64,000 bases of DNA from NCBI RefSeq assembly GCF_045037415.1, contig NZ_CP173438.1. One strand, written 5' to 3'. Origin of the DNA: Escherichia coli. Its GTDB lineage: Bacteria; Pseudomonadota; Gammaproteobacteria; Enterobacterales; Enterobacteriaceae. Position numbers and translations under genes: made by a program. This document shows positions 24,914 to 39,622 of this stretch, one piece after another (positions within the stretch are counted from its first letter, which is position 1; each line of letters opens with the position of its first letter). The notes beneath the pieces are model-generated. The model worked only from the letters and a program-made list of their open reading frames with translations. It had not been told where the DNA came from and made no database searches.

Positions 24914-25746
24914 TGTTTGCAGTTTCTTCAAGACGCGTGCTGCCGGGCTTTACCTTAAGCCTCGGCACCAGTCTGCTGTTTGTGTGCCTGATTTTGCTGC
25001 TGCCGCTCTCCGCGCTGGTGATGCAACTGGCCCAGATGAGCTGGGCGCAGTACTGGGAGGTGATCACCAACCCGCAGGTGGTCGCAGCCTATAAAGTGAC
25101 GCTGCTGTCGGCGTTTGTGGCATCGATTTTTAACGGCGTTTTCGGTCTGCTGATGGCGTGGATCTTAACCCGCTATCGCTTTCCGGGTCGCACGCTGCTT
25201 GATGCGCTGATGGATTTACCCTTTGCGCTGCCAACGGCAGTCGCCGGTTTAACGCTGGCCTCGCTCTTTTCCGTGAACGGTTTTTACGGTGAATGGCTGG
25301 CGAAGTTTGATATCAAAGTCACCTATACCTGGCTGGGGATTGCGGTGGCGATGGCCTTTACCAGCATTCCGTTTGTGGTGCGCACCGTGCAGCCGGTGCT
25401 GGAAGAGTTAGGCCCGGAATATGAAGAGGCGGCAGAAACGCTCGGCGCAACACGCTGGCAGAGTTTTCGCAAAGTGGTGCTGCCGGAACTATCTCCGGCA
25501 CTGGTGGCGGGTGTGGCGCTGTCGTTTACCCGCAGCCTCGGTGAGTTTGGCGCGGTGATTTTTATCGCCGGGAATATCGCCTGGAAAACAGAAGTGACGT
25601 CGCTGATGATCTTTGTTCGCTTACAGGAGTTTGATTACCCGGCGGCGAGCGCGATTGCCTCGGTGATCCTCGCGGCATCGCTGCTGTTGCTGTTCTCAAT
25701 TAACACTCTGCAAAGTCGCTTTGGTCGGCGTGTGGTAGGTCATTAA
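24913..25746 (+). CDS. cysU: sulfate/thiosulfate ABC transporter permease
   Basis: 277 aa; start overlaps cysP stop. Confidence 0.9.
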   Translation: MFAVSSRRVLPGFTLSLGTSLLFVCLILLLPLSALVMQLAQMSWAQYWEVITNPQVVAAYKVTLLSAFVASIFNGVFGLLMAWILTRYRFPGRTLLDALMDLPFALPTAVAGLTLASLFSVNGFYGEWLAKFDIKVTYTWLGIAVAMAFTSIPFVVRTVQPVLEELGPEYEEAAETLGATRWQSFRKVVLPELSPALVAGVALSFTRSLGEFGAVIFIAGNIAWKTEVTSLMIFVRLQEFDYPAASAIASVILAASLLLLFSINTLQSRFGRRVVGH

Positions 25747-26621
25747 TGGCGGAAGTGACACAATTGAAGCGTTATGACGCGCGCCCGATTAACTGGGGCA
25801 AATGGTTTCTGATTGGCATCGGGATGCTGGTATCGGCGTTCATCCTGCTGGTGCCGATGATTTATATCTTCGTACAGGCGTTCAGCAAAGGACTGATGCC
25901 GGTGTTACAAAATCTGGCCGATCCGGACATGCTGCACGCCATCTGGCTGACGGTGATGATCGCGCTGATTGCCGTACCGGTAAACCTGGTGTTCGGCATT
26001 CTGCTGGCCTGGCTGGTGACGCGCTTTAACTTCCCCGGACGCCAGCTATTGCTGACGCTGCTGGACATTCCGTTTGCCGTGTCGCCGGTGGTTGCTGGTC
26101 TGGTGTATCTGCTGTTCTACGGCTCTAACGGCCCGCTGGGCGGCTGGCTGGATGAACATAATCTGCAAATTATGTTCTCCTGGCCGGGTATGGTGCTGGT
26201 CACCATCTTCGTGACGTGTCCGTTTGTGGTGCGCGAACTGGTACCGGTAATGTTAAGTCAGGGCAGCCAGGAAGACGAAGCGGCGATTTTACTTGGCGCG
26301 TCCGGCTGGCAGATGTTCCGTCGCGTCACGCTGCCGAACATCCGCTGGGCGCTGCTTTACGGCGTGGTGCTGACCAACGCCCGCGCGATTGGCGAGTTTG
26401 GCGCGGTATCGGTGGTTTCCGGCTCGATTCGTGGCGAAACCCTGTCGCTGCCGTTACAGATTGAATTGCTGGAGCAGGACTACAACACCGTCGGCTCCTT
26501 TACCGCCGCCGCGTTGTTGACGCTGATGGCGATTATCACCCTGTTTTTAAAGAGTATGTTGCAGTGGCGCCTGGAAAATCAGGAAAAACGCGCGCAGCAG
26601 GAGGAACATCATGAGCATTGA
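25746..26621 (+). CDS. cysW: sulfate/thiosulfate ABC transporter permease
   Basis: 291 aa; start overlaps cysU stop. Confidence 0.9.
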   Translation: MAEVTQLKRYDARPINWGKWFLIGIGMLVSAFILLVPMIYIFVQAFSKGLMPVLQNLADPDMLHAIWLTVMIALIAVPVNLVFGILLAWLVTRFNFPGRQLLLTLLDIPFAVSPVVAGLVYLLFYGSNGPLGGWLDEHNLQIMFSWPGMVLVTIFVTCPFVVRELVPVMLSQGSQEDEAAILLGASGWQMFRRVTLPNIRWALLYGVVLTNARAIGEFGAVSVVSGSIRGETLSLPLQIELLEQDYNTVGSFTAAALLTLMAIITLFLKSMLQWRLENQEKRAQQEEHHEH

Positions 26622-27708
26622 GATTGCCAATATTAAGAAGTCTTTTGGTCGCACCCAGGTGCTGAACGATATCTCACTGGATATTCCTTCTGGTCAGATG
26701 GTCGCGTTGCTTGGGCCGTCCGGTTCCGGAAAAACTACGCTGCTGCGCATTATCGCCGGGCTGGAGCATCAAACCAGTGGGCATATTCGCTTTCACGGTA
26801 CCGACGTGAGCCGTCTGCACGCGCGGGACCGTAAAGTCGGTTTCGTGTTCCAGCATTACGCGCTGTTTCGCCATATGACGGTGTTTGACAATATCGCTTT
26901 TGGCCTGACGGTGTTGCCACGGCGTGAACGCCCGAATGCGGCGGCGATCAAAGCGAAAGTGACAAAATTGCTGGAGATGGTGCAGCTTGCTCATCTGGCG
27001 GATCGTTATCCGGCGCAGCTTTCCGGCGGTCAGAAACAGCGTGTGGCGCTTGCACGCGCGCTGGCTGTGGAACCGCAAATTTTGCTGCTTGATGAACCGT
27101 TTGGCGCGCTGGATGCGCAGGTGCGTAAAGAGCTGCGTCGCTGGCTGCGTCAACTGCATGAAGAACTGAAATTCACCAGCGTGTTCGTGACCCACGACCA
27201 GGAAGAGGCGACCGAAGTAGCTGATCGTGTAGTGGTGATGAGTCAGGGCAATATTGAACAAGCTGACGCACCGGATCAGGTATGGCGTGAACCGGCGACT
27301 CGTTTTGTGCTGGAGTTTATGGGCGAGGTAAACCGCCTGCAGGGAACCATTCGCGGCGGGCAGTTCCACGTTGGCGCACATCGCTGGCCGCTGGGATACA
27401 CCCCCGCGTATCAGGGGCCGGTGGATCTCTTCCTGCGCCCGTGGGAAGTGGATATCAGCCGCCGTACCAGCCTCGATTCGCCGCTACCCGTACAGGTACT
27501 GGAAGCCAGCCCGAAAGGTCACTACACCCAATTAGTGGTGCAGCCGCTGGGGTGGTACAACGAACCGCTGACGGTCGTGATGCATGGCGACGATGCCCCG
27601 CAGCGTGGCGATCGTTTATACGTTGGTCTGCAACATGCGCGGCTGTATAACGGCGATGAGCGTATTGAAACCCGCGATGAGGAACTTGCTCTCGCACAAA
27701 GCGCCTGA
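26611..27708 (+). CDS. cysA: sulfate/thiosulfate ABC transporter ATP-binding protein
   Basis: 365 aa; Walker [10 protein letters not shown] and ABC signature LSGGQKQR. Confidence 0.9.
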   Translation: MSIEIANIKKSFGRTQVLNDISLDIPSGQMVALLGPSGSGKTTLLRIIAGLEHQTSGHIRFHGTDVSRLHARDRKVGFVFQHYALFRHMTVFDNIAFGLTVLPRRERPNAAAIKAKVTKLLEMVQLAHLADRYPAQLSGGQKQRVALARALAVEPQILLLDEPFGALDAQVRKELRRWLRQLHEELKFTSVFVTHDQEEATEVADRVVVMSQGNIEQADAPDQVWREPATRFVLEFMGEVNRLQGTIRGGQFHVGAHRWPLGYTPAYQGPVDLFLRPWEVDISRRTSLDSPLPVQVLEASPKGHYTQLVVQPLGWYNEPLTVVMHGDDAPQRGDRLYVGLQHARLYNGDERIETRDEELALAQSA

Positions 27709-27730
27709 TAGGTTGAGTGAATGTTAAACG

Positions 27731-27761
27731 CCCGGAGGCGCTTCCCGCGATCCGGGTTTTT
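27731..27761 (+). terminator. hairpin (cccgga...tccggg) plus T6 between cysA and cysM; possible partial terminator
   Basis: Inverted repeat with T-run read directly; inside the cys operon so probably attenuating rather than fully terminating. Confidence 0.35.
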
Positions 27762-27783
27762 TAATGGCAAGGTTTTGTAACCT

Positions 27784-27820
27784 GTAGGTCTGATAAGACG
27801 CGTAAGCGTCGCATCAGGCA
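27784..27820. repeat. REP element
   Basis: gtaggtctgataagacgcgtaagcgtcgcatcaggca, canonical REP palindrome. Confidence 0.8.
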
Positions 27821-27842
27821 ACACCACGTATGGACAGAGATC

Positions 27843-28754
27843 GTGAGTACATTAGAACAAACAATAGGCAATACGCCTCTGGTGAAGTTGCAGCGAATGG
27901 CGCCGGATAACGGCAGTGAAGTGTGGTTAAAACTGGAAGGCAATAACCCGGCGGGATCGGTAAAAGACCGTGCGGCGCTTTCGATGATTGTCGAGGCGGA
28001 AAAGCGCGGCGAGATTAAACCGGGTGATGTGCTGATCGAAGCCACCAGTGGTAACACCGGCATTGCGCTGGCAATGATTGCGGCGCTTAAAGGCTATCGC
28101 ATGAAATTGCTGATGCCCGACAACATGAGCCAGGAACGCCGTGCGGCGATGCGTGCCTACGGTGCAGAACTGATTCTGGTCACCAAAGAACAGGGCATGG
28201 AAGGCGCACGCGATCTGGCGCTGGAGATGGCGAATCGCGGCGAAGGAAAGTTGCTCGATCAGTTCAATAATCCCGATAACCCTTACGCCCATTACACCAC
28301 TACCGGGCCGGAAATCTGGCAGCAAACTGGCGGGCGTATTACCCATTTTGTCTCCAGCATGGGAACAACCGGCACTATCACCGGCGTGTCACGCTTTATG
28401 CGCGAACAATCCAAACCGGTGACCATTGTTGGCCTGCAGCCGGAAGAAGGCAGCAGTATTCCCGGCATTCGCCGCTGGCCTGCGGAATATCTGCCGGGGA
28501 TTTTCAATGCTTCTCTGGTGGATGAGGTGCTGGATATTCATCAGCGCGATGCGGAAAACACCATGCGCGAACTGGCAGTGCGGGAAGGGATTTTCTGCGG
28601 CGTAAGCTCCGGCGGCGCGGTTGCCGGAGCACTGCGGGTGGCAAAAGCTAACCCTGGCGCGGTGGTGGTGGCGATCATCTGCGATCGTGGCGATCGCTAC
28701 CTTTCTACCGGGGTGTTTGGGGAAGAGCATTTTAGCCAGGGGGCGGGGATTTAA
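27843..28754 (+). CDS. cysM: cysteine synthase B (O-acetylserine sulfhydrylase B)
   Basis: 303 aa PLP-dependent family. Confidence 0.9.
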   Translation: MSTLEQTIGNTPLVKLQRMAPDNGSEVWLKLEGNNPAGSVKDRAALSMIVEAEKRGEIKPGDVLIEATSGNTGIALAMIAALKGYRMKLLMPDNMSQERRAAMRAYGAELILVTKEQGMEGARDLALEMANRGEGKLLDQFNNPDNPYAHYTTTGPEIWQQTGGRITHFVSSMGTTGTITGVSRFMREQSKPVTIVGLQPEEGSSIPGIRRWPAEYLPGIFNASLVDEVLDIHQRDAENTMRELAVREGIFCGVSSGGAVAGALRVAKANPGAVVVAIICDRGDRYLSTGVFGEEHFSQGAGI

Positions 28755-28756
28755 GA

Positions 28757-29188
<432 letters not shown>

Positions 29189-29229
29189 CTGGAATACGAT
29201 GAGGATCATCGGCAAGGAGAAAAAATTAA

Positions 29230-30081
29230 ATGAGTAGTTTGTTGTTGTTTAACGATAAGAGCAGGGCACTGCAGGCGGATATCGTCGCCGTGCAGTCGCA
29301 GGTAGTGTACGGCAGCGTAGGCAACAGCATTGCGGTGCCTGCTATAAAGCAGAACGGCCTGAATGTCTTTGCCGTGCCGACGGTATTGCTGAGCAATACG
29401 CCGCATTATGACACTTTCTACGGTGGTGCGATTCCGGATGAATGGTTTAGCGGTTATTTGCGTGCGCTTCAGGAGCGTGATGCGCTGCGCCAACTTCGTG
29501 CTGTAACCACGGGCTATATGGGAACGGCATCGCAAATCAAAATCCTTGCCGAGTGGCTGACTGCGCTACGCAAAGACCATCCTGACCTATTGATCATGGT
29601 CGATCCGGTGATTGGCGATATTGATAGCGGAATTTATGTCAAACCTGACCTTCCCGAGGCGTATCGACAATATTTACTGCCGCTGGCACAGGGAATTACC
29701 CCCAATATCTTTGAGCTGGAAATCCTGACCGGTAAAGATTGCCGCGATCTCGACAGTGCCATTGCTGCCGCAAAAAGTCTGCTTTCAGACACATTAAAGT
29801 GGGTGGTGATTACCAGCGCCTCCGGCAATGAAGAAAATCAGGAGATGCAGGTTGTGGTGGTCAGTGCCGACAGCGTGAATGTCATTTCCCATTCCCGGGT
29901 TAAAACTGACCTGAAAGGGACTGGCGACCTGTTTTGTGCTCAGCTTATCAGTGGTTTGCTGAAAGGGAAGGCGTTAACCGATGCGGTGCACCGCGCGGGG
30001 TTGCGCGTACTGGAAGTGATGCGCTATACCCAGCAGCATGAGAGCGATGAATTGATTTTGCCGCCTCTGGCTGAAGCATAA
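29230..30081 (+). CDS. pdxK: pyridoxal/pyridoxine/pyridoxamine kinase
   Basis: 283 aa; ribokinase-like fold. Confidence 0.9.
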   Translation: MSSLLLFNDKSRALQADIVAVQSQVVYGSVGNSIAVPAIKQNGLNVFAVPTVLLSNTPHYDTFYGGAIPDEWFSGYLRALQERDALRQLRAVTTGYMGTASQIKILAEWLTALRKDHPDLLIMVDPVIGDIDSGIYVKPDLPEAYRQYLLPLAQGITPNIFELEILTGKDCRDLDSAIAAAKSLLSDTLKWVVITSASGNEENQEMQVVVVSADSVNVISHSRVKTDLKGTGDLFCAQLISGLLKGKALTDAVHRAGLRVLEVMRYTQQHESDELILPPLAEA

Positions 30082-30110
30082 AAAAATGGCGCCGATGGGC
30101 GCCATTTTTC
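30080..30110. terminator. bidirectional intrinsic terminator between convergent pdxK and crr
   Basis: atggcgcc gatg ggcgccat hairpin flanked by A-run and T-run. Confidence 0.75.
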
Positions 30111-30123
30111 ACTGCGGCAAGAA

Positions 30124-30633
30124 TTACTTCTTGATGCGGATAACCGGGGTTTCACCTACGGTTACGCTACCGGACAGTTTGATCAGTTCTTTGATTTCGT
30201 CCATGTTGGAGATAACAACCGGAGTCAGGGTAGACTTGGCTTTCTCTTCCAGCAGCGGCAGATCAAATTCAATGACAGTATCACCAACTTTCACGCGCTG
30301 ACCTTCTTCAGCAATACGCTTGAAGCCTTCGCCTTTCAGTTCAACGGTGTCGATACCGAAGTGGACGAACAGCTCAACGCCGCTATCAGATTCGATAGAG
30401 AACGCGTGGTTGGTTTCAAAGATTTTACCAATGGTGCCGTCTACAGGCGCGACCATTTTGTTACCCGTTGGTTTGATAGCAATGCCATCACCAACGATTT
30501 TTTCCGCAAAAACGACATCCGGCACGTCTTCGATATTGACGATCTCGCCAGAGAGCGGAGCAATGATCTCAATAGTTCCGGTATCCTTCTTGTCGTCGGA
30601 AACCAGAGATTTCAGTTTATCGAACAAACCCAT
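30124..30633 (-). CDS. crr: PTS glucose-specific EIIA component
   Basis: 169 aa; matches EIIA-Glc sequence as recalled. Confidence 0.95.
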
Positions 30634-30673
30634 GATCTTCTCCTAAGCAGTAAATTGGGCCGCATCTCGTGGA

Positions 30674-32401
30674 TTAGCAGATTGTTTTTTCTTCAATGAA
30701 CTTGTTAACCAGCGTCATTAACTCGTCCGTTGTCGGTTGAGCAAGAGCCTGCTCTGCTAACACCTTCGCATCTTCGAAGTTCGTGTTACGGATAATCTTC
30801 TTAATGCGCGGGATAGAAATGGCGCTCATAGAGAATTCGTCCAGACCCATCCCCAGCAACAGAAGTGTAGCACGTTCATCGCCAGCAAGCTCACCACACA
30901 TGCCAGTCCATTTGCCTTCAGCATGAGAAGCATCAATAACTTGCTTGATCAAGTTCAGCACGGACGGTGACATTGGCTGGTAAAGGTGTGAAATCATATC
31001 ATTACCACGGTCAACTGCCAGAGTGTACTGCGTTAAATCATTGGTGCCGATACTAAAGAAATCAACTTCTTTGGCTAAATGACGTGCAATTGTTGCGGCA
31101 GCCGGTGTTTCCACCATTACGCCGATTTCAATTGACTCGTCAAACGCTTTACCTTCGTCGCGCAGTTCCTGTTTGTAGATTTCGATCTCTTTGCGCAGTG
31201 CACGCACTTCTTCAACAGAGATGATCATCGGGAACATGATGCGCAATTTACCGAAAGCAGAGGCACGCAGGATAGCACGGAGCTGATCGCGCAGGATCTC
31301 TTTACGATCCATCGCGATACGGATAGCGCGCCAGCCGAGGAACGGGTTCTCTTCTTTCGGGAAGTTCATGTATGGCAGCTCTTTGTCGCCGCCGATGTCC
31401 ATGGTACGAACGATAACCGCCTGCGAGCCACACGCTTCAGCCACTGCTTTGTAAGCAGCAAACTGTTCTTCTTCAGTGGGCAACGCGTCGCGGTCCATGA
31501 ACAGGAACTCAGTACGATACAGACCAACGCCTTCAGCGCCGTTACGCTCTGCACCTTCAACGTCACGAACCGTACCAATGTTAGCGCACACTTCTACCTG
31601 GTGACCGTCCAGCGTAATAGCTGGCAGATCTTTCAGTTTAGCAAGCTCTGCTTTTTCAGAAGCCACTTGCTCCTGAACAGCGCGCATTTTATCAATAACT
31701 TCGTTGGTTGGATTGACGTAAACCTGATTATTTACGGCATCCAGAATCAGATAGTCGTCATTTTTCACCTGAGAGGTGACGCTACCGGTACCCACGATAG
31801 CAGGCAGTTCCAGAGAACGCGCCATGATAGAGGTGTGGGAAGTACGGCCACCCGCGTCGGTGATGAAACCCAGCACCTTCTTCAGGTTCAGCTGTGCGGT
31901 TTCGGACGGCGTCAGGTCAGCGGCAACCAGAATGACTTCATCCTGAATGGCGCTCAGGTCGATAATCTTCAGGCCCAGGATGTTGCGCAGCAGGCGCTTA
32001 CCGATATCACGTACGTCAGCCGCACGTTCTTTCAGGTATTCATCATCCAGCTCTTCCAGGGCAGAAGCCTGACCTTCGATAACTTCATGAGCAGCTGCGT
32101 CAGCTGTCATGTGCTTATCTTTAATCAGGGCTATGATTTCCTGCTCCAGCTCCTCATCTTCGAGCAGCATAATATGCCCTTCAAAGATGGCTTCTTTTTC
32201 TTCACCGAACGTTTCACCAGCTTTCGTTTTGATCGTTTCCAGCTGGGCTGATGCCTTGGCACGACCGCTCAGAAAACGTTCAACTTCCTGATCAACCTGG
32301 TCGGCAGAAATTTTTTTCCGGTCAATGATAATTTCGTCTTCTTTCAGAAGCAGAGCTTTACCGAAAGCGATACCCGGGGATGCTAAAATGCCTGAAATCA
32401 T
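30674..32401 (-). CDS. ptsI: PTS enzyme I (phosphoenolpyruvate-protein phosphotransferase)
   Basis: 575 aa. Confidence 0.95.
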   Translation of the reverse strand: MISGILASPGIAFGKALLLKEDEIIIDRKKISADQVDQEVERFLSGRAKASAQLETIKTKAGETFGEEKEAIFEGHIMLLEDEELEQEIIALIKDKHMTADAAAHEVIEGQASALEELDDEYLKERAADVRDIGKRLLRNILGLKIIDLSAIQDEVILVAADLTPSETAQLNLKKVLGFITDAGGRTSHTSIMARSLELPAIVGTGSVTSQVKNDDYLILDAVNNQVYVNPTNEVIDKMRAVQEQVASEKAELAKLKDLPAITLDGHQVEVCANIGTVRDVEGAERNGAEGVGLYRTEFLFMDRDALPTEEEQFAAYKAVAEACGSQAVIVRTMDIGGDKELPYMNFPKEENPFLGWRAIRIAMDRKEILRDQLRAILRASAFGKLRIMFPMIISVEEVRALRKEIEIYKQELRDEGKAFDESIEIGVMVETPAAATIARHLAKEVDFFSIGTNDLTQYTLAVDRGNDMISHLYQPMSPSVLNLIKQVIDASHAEGKWTGMCGELAGDERATLLLLGMGLDEFSMSAISIPRIKKIIRNTNFEDAKVLAEQALAQPTTDELMTLVNKFIEEKTIC

Positions 32402-32445
32402 AACCCTACCTTACTTGTGACTGATTTTTAAAAGAACCCGGGAAA

Positions 32446-32703
32446 TTACTCGAGTTCCGCCATCAGTTTAACCAGATGTTCAACCGCTTTCTGCTCGTCT
32501 TCGCCTTCTGCGGAGATAGTCACAACGGTACCTTGAGTCAGGCCCAGAGTCTGCAGTTTAAACAGGCTTTTCGCGCTGGCGCTTTTGCCGTTGGAAGTCA
32601 CAGTAATTTCAGAAGTGAAGCCCTTAGCTTCTTTTACAAACTGGGCAGCAGGGCGGGTGTGCAGACCGTTCGGAGCGGTAATGGTAACTTCTTGCTGGAA
32701 CAT
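32446..32703 (-). CDS. ptsH: PTS phosphocarrier protein HPr
   Basis: 85 aa ([22 protein letters not shown]...), His15 motif. Confidence 0.95.
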
Positions 32704-33036
32704 TGTATTTCCCCAACTTATAGGTTTAGTGTTGTGGAACTAAAGTCTAGCCTGGCGGTTCGACTTTAGCCTGTATTGTTAGCGCCAGTTTTTAACAGAC
32801 GCGACGCACGAAGAGCGTAATACAGTCCATTGCTGGCGGGTGTTGACCGCTGACGTTTCGTACGTCATTAAACATTATGCCGCTAAAGGAAGAATTGAAC
32901 CAAATCATAAAATCGATTCAGCTTTGGCTTTTCCTGTAACGATTAATTTCGCGCATCAAAATAATTAGTCTGGTTAAATACCAGTTCCGACAGGCTGAAT
33001 CAATGCCAGGAGGGGCGAAAGTTTGAAGCAGGCCAC

Positions 33037-33064
33037 AAAAAAGCACCTAAAAAGGTGCTTTTTT
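33037..33064 (-). terminator. intrinsic terminator downstream of cysK
   Basis: gcacc...ggtgc hairpin with flanking A/T runs. Confidence 0.7.
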
Positions 33065-33086
33065 ACGCATTTTTTACAAGCTGGCA

Positions 33087-34058
33087 TTACTGTTGCAATT
33101 CTTTCTCAGTGAAGAGATCGGCAAACAATGCAGTGCTTAAATAACGCTCACCCGATGACGGCAGAATAACCACAATATTCTTATTGGTAAAGCTTTCATC
33201 TTCTTGTAGTTTCAACGCCGCAGCAACAGCTGCTCCAGAAGAGATACCAGCAAGAATGCCTTCTTCTTCCATCAGACGACGTGCGGTAGAAATGGCTTCT
33301 TCATTGGTGATGCCAATGACTTTGTCGACCAGCTTGAGATCAAGGTTAGCCGGGATAAAACCAGCGCCAATACCCTGAATTTTATGCGGACCAGGTTTAA
33401 TCTCTTCACCTGCCAGCGCCTGGGCGATAACTGGAGAATCGGTTGGCTCAACGGCGACAGAGATAAGATCGGTCTTGCCTTTGGTGCCTTTAATGTAGCG
33501 GCTGACGCCAGTCAGCGTACCGCCAGTCCCAACGCCAGCAATAAATACATCAACCTGACCGTCGGTATCTTCCCAGATCTCCGGACCGGTGGTTTTTTCA
33601 TGAATTTCAGGGTTTGCCGGATTGCTGAATTGTTGCAGCAGCAGGTATTTCTCTGGATTGCTGGCGACAATTTCTTCTGCTTTTTGGATTGCGCCTTTCA
33701 TGCCTTTAGCACCTTCGGTCAGCACCAGGTTTGCACCTAACGCTTTCAGCAGCTTGCGGCGTTCAATACTCATGGTTTCTGGCATGGTCAGGGTAAGTTT
33801 GTAACCGCGAGCGGCAGCTACATAGGCCAGTGCAATCCCGGTATTACCGCTGGTTGGTTCAACCAGTTCAACGCCTGGTTTCAGCACGCCGCGCTTTTCG
33901 GCATCCCAAATCATGTTGGCACCGATACGGCACTTAACGCTGAAGCTGGGGTTACGAGATTCCACCTTCGCCAGAATGCGTCCGTTACCGATGCGATTCA
34001 GGCGAACCAGCGGCGTGTGACCGATAGTCAGCGAGTTATCTTCAAAAATCTTACTCAT
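33087..34058 (-). CDS. cysK: cysteine synthase A (O-acetylserine sulfhydrylase A)
   Basis: 323 aa. Confidence 0.95.
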   Translation of the reverse strand: MSKIFEDNSLTIGHTPLVRLNRIGNGRILAKVESRNPSFSVKCRIGANMIWDAEKRGVLKPGVELVEPTSGNTGIALAYVAAARGYKLTLTMPETMSIERRKLLKALGANLVLTEGAKGMKGAIQKAEEIVASNPEKYLLLQQFSNPANPEIHEKTTGPEIWEDTDGQVDVFIAGVGTGGTLTGVSRYIKGTKGKTDLISVAVEPTDSPVIAQALAGEEIKPGPHKIQGIGAGFIPANLDLKLVDKVIGITNEEAISTARRLMEEEGILAGISSGAAVAAALKLQEDESFTNKNIVVILPSSGERYLSTALFADLFTEKELQQ

Positions 34059-34242
34059 GGCCTGTCCTTAACTGTATGAAATTGGGATACAACAGGTAGC
34101 ATACCCGCTCAGAGAATATGCGGAAGTAAGGATTTAGCATATCTATATGCAGAAGGGAAATAATGACATGCAAGATGGAATAAGGGGCGGCATAAGCCAC
34201 CCCTGTTTCACACAAACGGTTTACAAAATAACCGGTAGATTG

Positions 34243-35004
34243 TTACCGCCACATGGCGTGTTTATCGCGATAGCAATCAACCCACATCGCCGTCGCGCCA
34301 CAAACGGCAACGGGCATAATGAACAGATTAAGCAGCGGGATCATCGTAAACAGGCTGGTTAAAGCACCAAACTGCATATTGGTGATTTTGCGTGTGCGCA
34401 GGGCGGTGCGCATCTCTTTAAACGGCACTTTGTGGTTATCGAAGGGGTAATCACAATACTGGATGGCTAACATCCAGGCGCTAAACAGGAACCACAGTAC
34501 CGGCGCGACGGTTTGCCCAATGCCAGGGATGAAGTAAAGAATTAGCAATACAATTGCGCGCGGCAGATACCAGGCAAATTTTTGCCATTCGCGTTTCATG
34601 ATTCGCGGCACATCTTTCATGATACCGAAAATTCCGGTATCTGGCGGTGTAGCGCCAGTCAGTCTTGCTTCCAGTTGTTCAGCCAATAAACCGTTGAACG
34701 GAGCAGCAATCCAGTTAGCAATCGTTGAGAAGAAATAGCCAAACACTAACAGCACAGAGATGACAGCCAGGGGCCACAACAGATAGCTCAGCCATTGTAA
34801 CCAGTCCGGAACATAACTCATGAGAGTCGGGATCCAGACATCGAGTTGCGTAAAGAGCCACCAGAATGCGCCCCCCATCAACAAAATATTGACCAGCAGC
34901 GGTAAAATAACGAAACGCCGAATCCCAGGTTGCGAGACGAGCTTCCAGCCTTGCGCAAAATAGTAAAAACCGCTGCGTGGGGCAGATGTGAATGATGAAA
35001 CCAT
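34243..35004 (-). CDS. cysZ: sulfate transporter CysZ
   Basis: 253 aa polytopic membrane protein. Confidence 0.9.
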
Positions 35005-35233
35005 AATCAGGATGAGCTCCTTTTGACCAATCCCAGGAAAATTCTGCGTATTTTACCGGGTAATTGCGCAATGGACAGTTAGGATATGTTCGAAAAAACA
35101 GCAAAAAGCACGATTTCATCTATCTTTGTGCTGTGAAAGTTAATAGTGCACTTGCACTTGAGGTAATCGGCAAATACTCTTAGTGAGTAAATGTTTGCCG
35201 TGGTGGCAAGGTGTTAGAACAACAGAGAATATA

Positions 35234-36232
35234 ATGATGCAGGATTTGCGTCTGATATTAATCATTGTTGGCGCGATCGCCATAATCGCTTTACTGGTAC
35301 ATGGTTTCTGGACCAGCCGTAAAGAACGATCTTCTATGTTCCGCGATCGGCCATTAAAACGAATGAAGTCAAAACGTGACGACGATTCTTATGACGAGGA
35401 TGTCGAAGATGATGAGGGCGTTGGTGAGGTTCGTGTTCACCGCGTGAATCATGCCCCGGCTAACGCCCAGGAGCATGAGGTTGCTCGTCCGTCGCCGCAA
35501 CACCAGTACCAACCGCCTTATGCGTCTGCGCAGCCGCGTCAACCGGTCCAGCAGCCGCCTGAAGCGCAGGTACCGCCGCAACATGCTCCGCGTCCAACGC
35601 AGCCGGTGCAGCAACCCGTGCAGCAGCCTGCCTATCAGCCGCAGCCTGAACAGCCGTTGCAGCAGCCAGTTTCGCCACAGGTCGCGTCAGCGCCGCAGCC
35701 AGTGCATTCAGCACCGCAACCGGCACAACAGGCTTTCCAGCCTGCAGAACCCGTAGCGGCACCACAGCCTGAGCCTGTTGCGGAACCGGCTCCAGTTATG
35801 GATAAACCGAAGCGCAAAGAAGCGGTGATTATCATGAACGTCGCGGCGCATCACGGTAGCGAGTTAAACGGTGAACTGCTTCTTAACAGCATTCAACAAG
35901 CGGGCTTCATTTTTGGTGATATGAACATTTACCATCGTCATCTTAGCCCGGATGGCAGCGGCCCGGCGTTATTCAGCCTGGCGAATATGGTGAAACCGGG
36001 AACCTTTGATCCTGAAATGAAGGATTTCACTACTCCGGGTGTCACTATCTTTATGCAGGTACCGTCTTACGGTGACGAGCTGCAGAACTTCAAGCTGATG
36101 CTGCAATCTGCGCAGCATATTGCCGATGAAGTGGGTGGTGTAGTGCTTGACGATCAGCGCCGTATGATGACTCCGCAGAAATTGCGCGAGTACCAGGACA
36201 TCATCCGCGAAGTCAAAGACGCCAACGCCTGA
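35234..36232 (+). CDS. zipA: cell division protein ZipA (FtsZ-binding)
   Basis: 332 aa from [18 protein letters not shown]-terminal TM anchor, P/Q-rich linker, C-terminal FtsZ-binding domain. Confidence 0.9.
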   Translation: MMQDLRLILIIVGAIAIIALLVHGFWTSRKERSSMFRDRPLKRMKSKRDDDSYDEDVEDDEGVGEVRVHRVNHAPANAQEHEVARPSPQHQYQPPYASAQPRQPVQQPPEAQVPPQHAPRPTQPVQQPVQQPAYQPQPEQPLQQPVSPQVASAPQPVHSAPQPAQQAFQPAEPVAAPQPEPVAEPAPVMDKPKRKEAVIIMNVAAHHGSELNGELLLNSIQQAGFIFGDMNIYHRHLSPDGSGPALFSLANMVKPGTFDPEMKDFTTPGVTIFMQVPSYGDELQNFKLMLQSAQHIADEVGGVVLDDQRRMMTPQKLREYQDIIREVKDANA

Positions 36233-36262
36233 TACACTTAAGGCAAATTAACTCCTTTTCGA

Positions 36263-36285
36263 ACCCCCGCTTGTCGGGGGTTTTT
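36263..36285 (+). terminator. intrinsic terminator downstream of zipA
   Basis: cccccg cttgt cggggg hairpin followed by TTTTT. Confidence 0.7.
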
Positions 36286-36293
36286 AGCATTGA

Positions 36294-38318
<2,025 letters not shown>

Positions 38319-38319
38319 G

Positions 38320-38538
38320 ATGGAAAAAGAGCAGCTGATTGAAATAGCCAATACGATAATGCCGTTTGGCAAGTACAAAGGGCGTCGCTTAATCGACCTG
38401 CCGGAGGAGTATCTGCTGTGGTTTGCCCGCAAAGATGAGTTCCCGGCAGGGAAGCTCGGTGAGCTAATGCAAATCACGCTGCTGATTAAAATCGAGGGGC
38501 TGACGCAACTGGTCCAGCCCCTGAAACGTCCGCTTTAA
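38320..38538 (+). CDS. ypeB: small protein YpeB (DUF3820)
   Basis: 72 aa from internal ATG (MEKEQLIEIANTIMPFGKYKGRRL...); ATG 1 nt after ligA stop. Confidence 0.8.
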   Translation: MEKEQLIEIANTIMPFGKYKGRRLIDLPEEYLLWFARKDEFPAGKLGELMQITLLIKIEGLTQLVQPLKRPL

Positions 38539-39533
38539 GCTTTATCGGCGCTGCTTTCCTGCTGCGCCTGTAACTGTTCGGTCTGGCGTTTGTATCGACG
38601 CGCCAGCACCGCACAGACCATCAATTGGATCTGATGGAAAATCATCAGGGGCAGCACCATCATACCGATCACCGATGTGGGGAACAGAATGTTTGCCATC
38701 GGGATGCCATTTGCCAGACTCTTTTTCGAACCACAAAAGACGATAGTAATTTCATCTGCCTTATTGAAGCCCAGTCGGCGTGCCATAAAGACGTTAACTA
38801 CAATCACGATAGCCAGAAGAACGCAACTGACCACCACGATAAACAGCAATGATCCCCAGCCAACTTTGTGCCAGATACCGTTAACGACGGCTTCGCTGAA
38901 TGCCGTATAAACTACCAACAGAATGGACGTCTGGTCAGTTTTCGCAATCCATTTTTTATTACGCGACACCCAGTCACCAATCCACGGCCGGGAAAGATGC
39001 CCCAACACAAATGGCAGCAACAGTTGCAGCATAATTTTACCGACCTGCTCAAGGCTGCCCCCTGCACCGTGAACATTCATCACCAGACCAACCAGCAATG
39101 GTGAAAGGAAAATCCCCAGCAGGCTGGATGCTGACGCAGAACAAACCGCCGCCGCGACGTTACCGCCCGCCATTGACGTGAAGGCGATTGCAGACTGCAC
39201 GGTCGCGGGGAGAATGCACAAGTAGAGAAAACCGGAGTAGAGCATCGGGTCGACATTTACCGGTTTCCACCAGGCAAACAGCACGCCCAGAATCGGAAAC
39301 AGCACGAAGGTGCTGCACATTACCCACAAATGCAGTCGCCAGTGGCCACCGCCAGCAATAATCGCCTCACGCGATAACTTCGCGCCGTGCATAAAAAACA
39401 GCAGGGCTATCACTGCGGTGGTCAGATTTTCAAAGAAGGGGACGAAATCGCCTCTGGCCGGAAAGAAAGAGGCCAGCAACACCACCGTGATCAGGGTTAA
39501 GGTGAAAGGATCGAGGATACGAAAAAGTTTCAT
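38535..39533 (-). CDS. yfeH: bile acid:sodium symporter-family membrane protein YfeH
   Basis: 332 aa polytopic. Confidence 0.85.
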   Translation of the reverse strand: MKLFRILDPFTLTLITVVLLASFFPARGDFVPFFENLTTAVIALLFFMHGAKLSREAIIAGGGHWRLHLWVMCSTFVLFPILGVLFAWWKPVNVDPMLYSGFLYLCILPATVQSAIAFTSMAGGNVAAAVCSASASSLLGIFLSPLLVGLVMNVHGAGGSLEQVGKIMLQLLLPFVLGHLSRPWIGDWVSRNKKWIAKTDQTSILLVVYTAFSEAVVNGIWHKVGWGSLLFIVVVSCVLLAIVIVVNVFMARRLGFNKADEITIVFCGSKKSLANGIPMANILFPTSVIGMMVLPLMIFHQIQLMVCAVLARRYKRQTEQLQAQQESSADKA

Positions 39534-39622
39534 AAAGACTCCAGATGATCGATGGTTCTATTGTGCGTCTTCCAGTTTGAGAAATAAAATTGATTTATTG
39601 CATCCATTCATGAAAAAAACAG

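Noticed and set aside
35369-35835. Several overlapping ORFs on both strands within the zipA linker region
   Set aside because: The region is the P/Q-rich low-complexity linker of ZipA; the extra frames are compositional artefacts.
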